Assembly (NCBI GenBank): GCA_964057225.1 | Contig: OZ059895.1 | Span: 12,772,001 to 12,836,000 of the forward strand | Origin: Auanema rhodensis | Lineage: Eukaryota > Animalia > Nematoda | Reading direction: 5' to 3' | DNA: 64,000 nucleotides | Shown here: in pieces, positions 12,596 to 23,200 of the stretch | Numbering within the stretch: position 1 is the stretch's first letter | Layout: each line of letters begins with the position of its first letter | Made by a program: the position numbers and the translations under genes | Notes under the pieces: generated by a model | The model's database searches: none | Told to the model about the DNA's origin: nothing | The model's input: only the letters and a program-made list of their open reading frames with translations

Positions 12596-13012
12596 TGTTA
12601 CATACATATCTCAAAGGAAAGCAGCTGACCATGGCAGCTGCTATTATTAAACTAATGCAGATAGTTTTTAAGCAATTCTGAGAATATTCTAGATGCACTT
12701 TTTATAAGCTTTGTAACAATTTGTGTAAACTGAGTAGGAGTTGTATGGATATATAAACCTGAGTCCTCAAGACTCAGGCATCTCATTATCTTATTATCTT
12801 ACTTTCTCTTTATCTTCTTTATATTCTCTTTCTTAACTCTAGCTTAAATCTTTGTATAATTATATTATAATGCGAACAATAAACCTTTATATATTTGATT
12901 TCTTGTTTCTTATTTCACCTTACATTACACACTTATATTTAAAATCATACTCATCTTCTCATAGTCTGTTTGGATCTCTCAACTTGGAACCATTGAGAAT
13001 CTAAATGGAACG
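12596..13012 (+). repeat. Family A 5' LTR (417 bp)
   Basis: TGTTAC…GGAACG; TATATAAA at 12750-12757; AATAAA at 12878-12883; repeated at 24511 and 33114. Confidence 0.97.
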
Positions 13013-13030
13013 TGGAGGTTCCACCGAGAT
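13013..13030 (+). promoter_or_regulatory. Primer-binding site (tRNA-Gln), family A
   Basis: TGGAGGTTCCACCGAGAT, an 18-nt complement of the tRNA-Gln 3' end as I recall it (ATCTCGGTGGAACCTCCA), immediately after the LTR. Confidence 0.9.
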
Positions 13031-14211
13031 CCTTCCTTTTGGACAGGATCTCGTAAAGGAACTCAAGCGCTACCGTCTACATCTCTTATTCAATTAAAAA
13101 TCTTATCTCTCTCTTAAAGTTAGCTTATAATATTTTCTTAAAAACTCTAAAAACTTTTCTATTAAAAATTATATCCAAAAACTCTTTACAAAAACTCAGT
13201 TTTCCATTCATTATATTCTCATAAATCATTTTCAATTATTCATAAGAGTACTTATATCATTTATCATTCTCTCTATCCAAAATCCTATATACGAAAATTA
13301 TTCAAATTCAATAATTAACTTTTCTAAGAATTATAAGTTTATTTTCACATTTTTTGAACAAAAATAGTTAAGTTCTTTATAAAATTAATTTAGAATTAAG
13401 AAATAAAAAAGAATATTACCTCTCAATCTTAATCATCTTATCATATTATCTGAATCTTCATCTTATCATACTATCTTAATCATCCTATCATACCATATTT
13501 TCATTATTTTCTTTATGTTCGTTTATAAAACTATTATTCTTATGCTACTACACTGTATTCTCATAAACCCACCCCTTCCCCCCCCCCGTAATTTCATAAA
13601 CAAGAAATCCCGTGTTAAACACGACAGTAAAAATATTTATTAGGCGCAGCGTATCCAAATTCCGATTACCTTAGCACCTGAAAATACGAAAAATAATTAA
13701 ATTAATCAATCAGTTTTAACTCATACGCAAAAACCATCCCCCCTCGTTAAGAATAATGCCAGACACTCAAGAGACTCGAGCGGAGGCCGACACTCAGGAT
13801 AAGACGTACGCCCCATGAAATAATTAGAGAATTTTTGAATTGAAATCTGCCCCACATTGATATAAATAATAAGAGTGGTCTCGCCATCATAGAGTCAGGG
13901 AGCAGGATGCAGAAGGCAGCTGACATACCTGTGACTCAGATAGGTTAATGAGGTCTGGGAAAATGAAATGATTGCGAAAATTCTATTTTGTATCCTTGTC
14001 CCAAAAGACTGGCGAACTATTAACTTTCATTTCATGCCTTTTTCACAATATAGAACTTGTCCCTTCGAAAAGGCACACTAGTTTCAAACCTGTGTTAGAC
14101 CCGGACGAGCTATATTGGTAAAGAGATTACTTGCAAGACTAGCTACCTTCATAAGAATCGCGCACACAAACCCAACATTATTCTTTACGTTTTTCAATAT
14201 ATAAAATTATT

Positions 14212-17200
14212 TTGGCACACGTTGGATATAACAAATTTCCTTACAGGATACCAACGATGCTGCCCAATACTGGTCCAAAACCTCCGCTGGACCCTGCTGC
14301 CACTTCAAATATTATAAGAAGAAAAAGACAACCGCCCGCAACATATTCTCCCCCCTCTGCAAAACAAGCGAAGTTAAGCATTAAAACAAAGTCAATGGTA
14401 ATACATACCCCAAGACATCGCGGCATTCAAAAACAATTCACCAATCCCAAATCACATGAAAAAACGAAGAAACAAAAAACAGACATAGTCGAAAGAAACA
14501 CCTTAGAAAAGAAAATTATCCCAAACATTAAACCTATTCCTAAAAACATAGCAAGCAAAGGGAACCCTCAAAACCCCCCAACCAACACCATACCAAATAC
14601 AATCAACCCAATCAATCCTTTAATAGCCACCCCTAGAAGAAGCAATACACCAACCACACAAAAATCACCTACGCCCGCACTTTCTTCAACCACACCCGCA
14701 GTAAGCTCATCCCCACCTCTACGAAACTCACCTTCATCCATTGATCATTCTACATCCGGGCATTCTCTATCTCCGTCTCTTCCATCGCAAACTAATCAAG
14801 CAAATACTTTTGTTGCAGAAAACAAGAGAATTAACCCAAGAATGGACCCAATGGACGAAGGCGCACCACTTACGCACACCTCGGGAAGGGCACCTGTTCC
14901 AACACCTACAATCATCCCTCAACCAGCAGCGATTCCGTCCGCCATACGCGATATAAAAGCTCCACGCTACGATGGAAAAACACCATTCAACCGCTATCTA
15001 CTATACCTAGATGAACACTTCAACGCTACAAGAACAACTATGCCCGAACGTCTTCAAAGCATACAATTATTGCTAGAAGATGATCGAGCAAGAGAAGCGT
15101 ACAGAAAACTCACAACCGAAGATAAGCGACTTGGATGGGACCATGTCAAGAAGCGACTCTCAGAAATGATCACACCGAAAAAACAGAGAGAACGAGCAAT
15201 GCACCGCCTACATGGCTTGAAACAGTTACCAACGGAATCGGTACAAAGCTTTGCAACAAGATGTTCTAACGAAGCCTACTCAGCTATGGACATGAACAAC
15301 GAAAGTGAGCTTAACATGCTCCGATCCACCTTCACCTGGGGACTAAGACCCGAAATAAGCGAACATGTTAGCCGTCTAGACCCACCAAACTTTGAGGAAG
15401 CTTACGAAATGGCCTTACGAGAAGAACTCTTTATACAAAATAGACCACCATCGTTCGTCAACAATATGGAGAAGTCGTTCAACAACCTCAACATTCGAGA
15501 CTCAAAGGACAACAATCAATACCAGAGAAACGAATCTAAGGAGTTCAAAGGAACCAAACCGATGTATAATGGCAATGGCAAACCACACAACCGATATCCG
15601 GACAGATACAACAACCAATATCGGCCTCATCAACACCAATACAGGAACCATAACTCACGATTCTCTCAAAATAAGGGATCAAGACAAAACTACTTCGACA
15701 GATCACGGAACAGAAGCCAGGAAAGACCATACTATCGAAACCGCGACCAAAACTATAGCGGACACAACAACCGGCGACAATCAAACAATCACGAACAATA
15801 CCCCTCTCAATACAATCGAAGCCAATACAACAATTATAGAAGTCGCCCGCGCAGCACCTCCAATGGACCGGAACGGTACAGAGAACGCACACAGAGCCCA
15901 GGAGTACGTTTTCAAGTCAACAACGTCACGGAAAACGAAGTACCGAACAACAAAAGAAAATCAACACCATTCCTACCCCTCTTTATCACAATTATCGCAC
16001 TCATTATAAATACATGCAGTGCAGAAACAACGTACCAGTTATGCACAGGAAACAGAGGAGGAATATATGTTGAGCCGCCATCGCCAACAGCTTGCCGATC
16101 CATCGCACCAACTAATAACCATATCCAGAAGACTACAGCAGAATTGTTCATCCAAAACCTACAACCAAAAGAATGGGAAGCATGGAAATGTGCAATTGAA
16201 ACTTACCAACTCTGCATTCACGACGTTTTCTTCATCAGAGAAACTAATGTCTCACTAGCAAAAGTTTCACCAACAACACTGCAAGAATGTTCGTCAGCTA
16301 TTAAAGAAAGAATATTCAACGGTACCAACCTTCAAAGAGAAGCACCAGGACTCTATGGAACTCCATTCCCACATACAACTATTACTAATGGTATATGGAA
16401 ACAGGAATGCGAACAACGTACCAGATTCATAGCTGAACGAGGACACATGACCAGCCTACAAGACAATACAGTACTCTCAGATATATTCATAAACGACAAC
16501 GGATGCACCAGTGACAAAGGACAATGCCTAACCAACAACGCTCTCATCATATGGACCCCACCATCAGAAAAACATAGTTGCTCGTACACTTCATTAGGCT
16601 CTCACGAAGTTTTTATATCAGAAGACACCATATTGATTCCCGGAATTCAAAGTGCTTTTATTCTAAACAATAAAACACCGGAAAAAGAAGCCTCCTCATG
16701 CTTACAAAAAGATATATTTACTACAAATAGTGGAACTCTAATCTCCTTCAACTCAACCTCAAGCTTAGGACGATCAAGAAGACACGCAATCACGGAATAC
16801 CCTAAAGGATTCTTGACAGTTCATCAATACCCCTCGCTAAGATATTCAGCCAGCAAAACCGGAACTATTCTACTATATACAACCTATATTCAACGGAAAA
16901 GACTTGACATCCATTACAATCTCAATAACATAACAAATATGTTACCTAAGTATATCGCAATCTTCAAATACCTAGGTATAAATTTTGATGTTATCAAAAA
17001 TCGTCTTATATGGCACAAATATGAAGACGTCAACATAGCCATTCTACACGCCCTAGGAGAAGCAGAAATAAGAGAAGCAACAAAAATCGCGATCGATAAT
17101 CTATCGTATAAGGAACTTACGCATAAACTTAGCAAACGGATCACAATTAAGGATTTTAAGAAGATACTACCAACCAAAACAGGAGACTACTATGAAATCG

Positions 17201-20200
17201 CGAAAGAAATTGCTTACTCACTTGCGGAAATACCTACTACGTTAGCTACAGGAGAAACAACACCATCTTTAGAAGAATACTTATATCAACTCATGCCACC
17301 AAGAAAACCAAGACTCACCAAGACACGAAACGATTTAGAACTGTACGAACAACTAGCACAAGCAAAAATTATCCTGAACGCAATAAATAATCCGAAGAAG
17401 CTACATTCAAAAGAAGAATACGAAGCAGAAATGAAGAAATGGATCAAATATGAAAAAGAACTGAACTTACCACCATTACAACTGCCAAACTACACAGTTA
17501 TCTTCGATGGCGACGATATATTCTACGGCTTCCGGAAAAGAAATCCTACAAATTATAGCATTACACAAGAGGATAGTGAAAAATTTTATAATCATTATCT
17601 ACCCCTTATCAGTACTCCCGGAACACGACCTTTTGCAACCACAATTAGAAGCACTTCGACCCCCCTACAAACTACTACTACAACCACTACCACGACCCCT
17701 AAGCCTACAACCATAAGGAACGTCATCACTTCGACAATCACACCCAAAACACATATATCCACAACAACTAGACCCAAACCAACAATACCCACGTCTTCAT
17801 CAACTACTACTACTACTACCACTACTACTACTACTACTTCTACTACTGCTAGACCCAGATCAACAACAACCACAACACCTACAACAACCACAACTATATT
17901 CACCACTCATCGACCAACACAATCATTCTCCACCCCCCAATCTACATTCAATATTACTACAAACCCAATCACAATCACCTCAAGCCAGGAATACAATAGG
18001 AAAGAATCACTCACCAAGTCACCGCCTCCAAGAACTACAAAAAGATCTATCACTACCACTCGCAGCACACCTGAAGAAATATCATCACATATTGGTAAGA
18101 AAGCTCACGTAGACTACCTTAAAGCTAAGAACGATATCGTCCAAAAATGGAATGAACATCTTCATCAACAAGAAACGCAATCTCATCTACAATATGCCAC
18201 TACCAATCTGGAAGATGATATCATACGTACGTTCACAACAAACAGAAACAACATATGCCACGTACAAAATAAACAACTACTTACCTGGTGGGCTATTCTT
18301 CAAATAAATCCTACTATAGGGATGCGTACAATGCTACGACGACAGGATATATCTGCAAGATTCATAAATGATAAACTAATTTATGTAATGCCATGCACAC
18401 CAATTCAAATTACAAAAACATACCGCGATCACAAAGTCAACAGCACGTGTTTTCTGGAAACCCCAGTCGAAACGGAACATCACGGCCAACTGTTCATCCT
18501 ACCAGGTACAAGAGACCTCACACCGATGGCACATGCCATACCATGCGGATTCACAATCAAGGATCCCTGGAAAGAAAACGATCAATGGACTAATAATAAC
18601 CAATCAATAAATGTAACATCACCAGCATACATCGACGAGTTAGGATCAATCAACCTAGAACATATCAAGTTTAATGGAAGCAACATTTTCAACAACCTAA
18701 CAGAATCAACGTTTCCTATGGCACTAGCAATATCATATGGATCCAGCTTAGCAACGCTACAGGCTACTTTACCAGGAAGAATAAAACCTGTAATCAAACA
18801 AAGATTAATTCCTAACATGAACCCTGTTACCCTAACAGCAGGAGCAGCCAGCAGCTTACTACTCAGCTACGAACATACAAAAGAAGCTATAACTTGGAAA
18901 ATGTTTGACTTTCTGTCACCAATATGGGAAAAGATTCAAACCTGGACACTACGCGTACTTGCTATCATTGGATCAATCATCATAACAATTGGCATAATCA
19001 CACTCGCCACCTGGATAATAAAAATATACGCATGTAGTTCAAGGATACCCATCAACAATGTCAAATGGGAAGCAGAATACTTACAACCACTATCAACTGA
19101 GAACACAAGAACAGAAACATCTCATCCTTCTCCGTCCGCTCCATACGTCGACAACCATCACAACAGCTGTCAACTCACATTGTATGATCCTTCAGCACCA
19201 ATTCCTGAACACATTTATGAAGCTTATTTCCCTACAAGCATGAAGAAAGAAAACATAAACTACATAGGAGGATCACAATTACCGTTTGTCCCGATTTCAA
19301 TCCACAATCACATCTTTAAGGCACTATGGGACACGGGAGCATCAGCATCATACATGCGAGAATCCACCTTCAAACAACTGCCCGCTGCAACGATGGTACT
19401 AAAACAAACAACAGCGATAGTCGCGAATAAATCTAAATTCTCATTTATGGGATACACAAGGATCCTCATAACAATAGGAACAACAGAAACAGAACACAAA
19501 TTTTATGTAGCAGAAGATAACTACTGTCCAGCACCAGTGTTACTTGGAATAGACTTCATGGAAGCATTACATCAACAAGGAATTTACACCTCACTTCGAC
19601 CGCTGGATAAAACAATTGTTATCGGCACAACACATGTTCCACTAGCACGAGAAACATCTCCGTGGGAACACCAGACCACGAAAGCATATGTGGTTAGCTT
19701 AGAAAACAAAACGCTAAGACCAGGAGAAACAAGAACGCTCACGCTAGAAGTACACGATCCAGAAAGCTATGAACAGGCGTTTCTAGATTGTAAGAAACCA
19801 GGCAACAAACTCTCTTTCACGCCTACTATATTTACGCCAACTGGATACGGAGTACAAATTTACGCGACGAACATATGCAAACAGCCACTCGAAATTCAAA
19901 TGAATCAAGAAATAGGGATAGCAGAAGCGATACCAAAGGACAACCAAGAAAAATACGAAGGACAATACATACCTCCAGAAGCTCGATGGGAAGAACAACT
20001 GCCATATTTCCCAGACAATTTCATCAATGAGCTTGACCTCTCAGAAGCCTGCTTCTCGCAAATCGAACAACAGCAACTGAAAGAAATAATTTTACTACAT
20101 AAACAAGCGTTTCTCAACGAAGATAGAAATATCGGACTCTTCCTAGGACCAATTGAACACTCCATTCCAATCATGCCAGGAAAAACACCATCATTCAAAA

Positions 20201-23200
20201 TTACTTATCGTATACCACTCTCCCAACAAGAAGAAGTGGAGAAACAAATAGAAGAAATGCTACAACAAAGAATCATTGAACCATCAAACTCAATGACAAC
20301 TAGTCCAGTAATTTTGGTGAAGAAGAAGGACAAAACTTACAGATTTGTAACGGACTTTCGAGCTCTGAATGCAATCACCCAGAAACAAGTATACGTCATA
20401 TCAAACATACAGGACATCCTAGACTTGGCCGCTGGAGCAAGGATCTTCAGCAACTTTGATTTAGTATCTGGATTTTTCCAAATACCTCTTAAGAAAGAAG
20501 ATCGTCATCTTACAGCTTTCACAACAACAAGTGGAACTTATCAATATTGTCGAATGCCGATGGGATTATGTGGATCACCCCATACTTTTCAAAACGCAGT
20601 ACGATACCTGCAATCAATGGTTAAATGCAAGCTATTCGTATATCTAGATGATTTACTGTTAATCTCTGAATCTACGACAGCACATTTAAAAGATATTGAA
20701 GAAGTTTTGGAAGCAGTAACTCAAATAGGATTCAAAATAAAACTGAAGAAATGCGCATTCGCAAGAAAGGAAGTAAAATTTCTAGGATACATAGTTGGAC
20801 AAGAAGGAATTAAACCGGACCCACATAAAATTAAGGCAATACAAGATTATCCCCAACCAAAATCAACAACAGGAGTAAGAGCTTTCATGGGAGTAGTAAA
20901 CTACTTCCGAAGGTTCATAAAGAACGCTGCAGGAATAGCAACACCACTCTACAACCTCACTCGGAAAGACACTCCGTTCAAATGGACAGAAGAAGAAGAA
21001 ATTGCTTTTAATACTTTGAAGAAAACATTGACTCAAGCACCTGTGTTACAAGCACCAATCCCGAAACGACCATATGTTATTGAAAGTGATGGAAGTATGA
21101 TAGCAGTTGGCGCTGTACTACTTCAAGCGAAAGACGATCAAGAACCATTACACCCCATAGCTTTTGCTAGTCGGAAACTCAACAAAGCTGAAAGGAATTA
21201 TCCACCAATAGAAGTAGAAGCATTAGCTCTTACATTCGCCGTTAAACAATTTCGCACCTACATACTAGGAACAGCAACCAAAATTATCACGGATCATAGA
21301 CCACTTACTAGTTTAATGACTAGAAAAGATTTAATAGGTCGTTTAGCAAAATTTCAAATTGTTTTACAAGAATACGATATTGAAATTATCTACAGACCAG
21401 GAAAATTAAATAGTGTATGTGACGCATTATCACGATATTTTGAAGATGAAATCAACGAAGCAAAACCACCAGCAAAGAAGAAAAACGAAAGAAAAACGAC
21501 GGAAGATACTATTCATCAGATAAACACCTTCACGATAGCAGATATTCGATCAGTTCAGAATCAATCAAATTGGATAAAAGAAACTATGGATAAAATAAAG
21601 AACAATACAGCTGGACGACAACTGACGGACAGATATATTGTGTACAACGATGTACTATACTCAAAACCAAAAAGAAGCCTACAAGTACCACGAACAATTT
21701 TACCACGAGAAGAACACATAATTAATCCAATTATGAAGAAATTTCATGAAGATCCGACACTCGGAGCTCATCTAGGAATAAACAAAACAATGGACTCAAT
21801 ATCAAGACGATTTACATGGACTGGAATGCAAGAAGACATTACAAACTACATCAACAGATGTCTTGCTTGTGCGAAAAGAAAGAACAACCCTCACGAAGCA
21901 ACGGTGGAACCAATGAAAAATTTTCCAACATCAACAAAACCATGGCAAAGAATACACATGGATATACTCGGACCATTACCTAGGACAGAACAAGAAAACA
22001 GATATGTTCTTTCAATTCAAGATTCTTTTTCAAAATGGATAATCGCAATTCCGCTAATCAGACAAACATCAGAAGAAATTATATCAGCTATCGAAAAATA
22101 TCTCTTTTATGTTTTTGGACCACCTGTTACTATCATCACAGACAATGGATCTAATTTTATTTCAAACGATTTCACTACTATGTGCAGTAATTTTGGAACT
22201 ACACACCACACTACTATGCCGTATTACAAAAACGCTAACGGACAAGTAGAAAGATTGCATCGGACGATCGAAGAAGCATTAACAGCCTACGTTAATGACG
22301 AACAAAACGATTGGGATAAGATACTTCCGAAGATTATTTTTACACTCAACAGATTACCAAACGCCACCACTAAAACATCACCATACGAATGTTTGTTTGG
22401 ACAAGTAGCACGTCTACCCATTGACAAAAACTTGGAAACACCGGAAGAACAAAATATCACGGATCAGCTCAAAAACTTAAGAGATATTCAAGAAAAAGTC
22501 AAGGAAAAGATTGCCACCAACGAAGAAAGAATGAAGCAGAAATACGATCAAGCACATAGGACAAAAGAAAGAATATTGGATATAGGAGATCGAGTATTTG
22601 TACAAAGAGCGAACCCAAGCAACAAATTACAAATACGAAGAGATGGACCTTACCGGATAGTGACAATTGAAGGAAACAACATCAGCATAACGGACCAAGA
22701 TGGAAATATTATAAAAGCTCACAAAAATAACATACGTTATTTTCCACCAGACGATAATCTTATATCAACAAGAAATAATGAAGAAGAGGAAGAAGAAGAC
22801 CAAGACATAGCAAACGAAGAAGAAGAAGAAGAAGAAGCAAGTTGGAATAATCTGGATGAATGGGAACAAACCAATAATACGGAAAATAACAACAACTGTT
22901 ACCCAACAGGCAGTCCAGATACTCTCGCGCAACTGTTACCTATCACAGGGAATAACAGAGGAATAAACGAAGAAGAAATTGAACATAATTCAGAAACACC
23001 TGACGACCTTGCTACAGCAAGAAGAATAACAAATTCTAATATACAATTAGAAAATGAATCAACAACAATCGACAGAATTCAAGAGGACCTCAGACAGCTG
23101 ACACCTTTCTCTCAAGAAGAAGGTCCTAATCAAAACGATATAGAAAATAATAACGCAAAAACATACGAAAAGCTACGAGATCAATTCAAGAATGAAAACA

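Noticed and set aside
17595-17906. Val-rich minus-strand ORF and other short ORFs overlapping the polyproteins
   Set aside because: Antisense or alternate-frame shadows of Thr-codon repeats and A-rich coding sequence.
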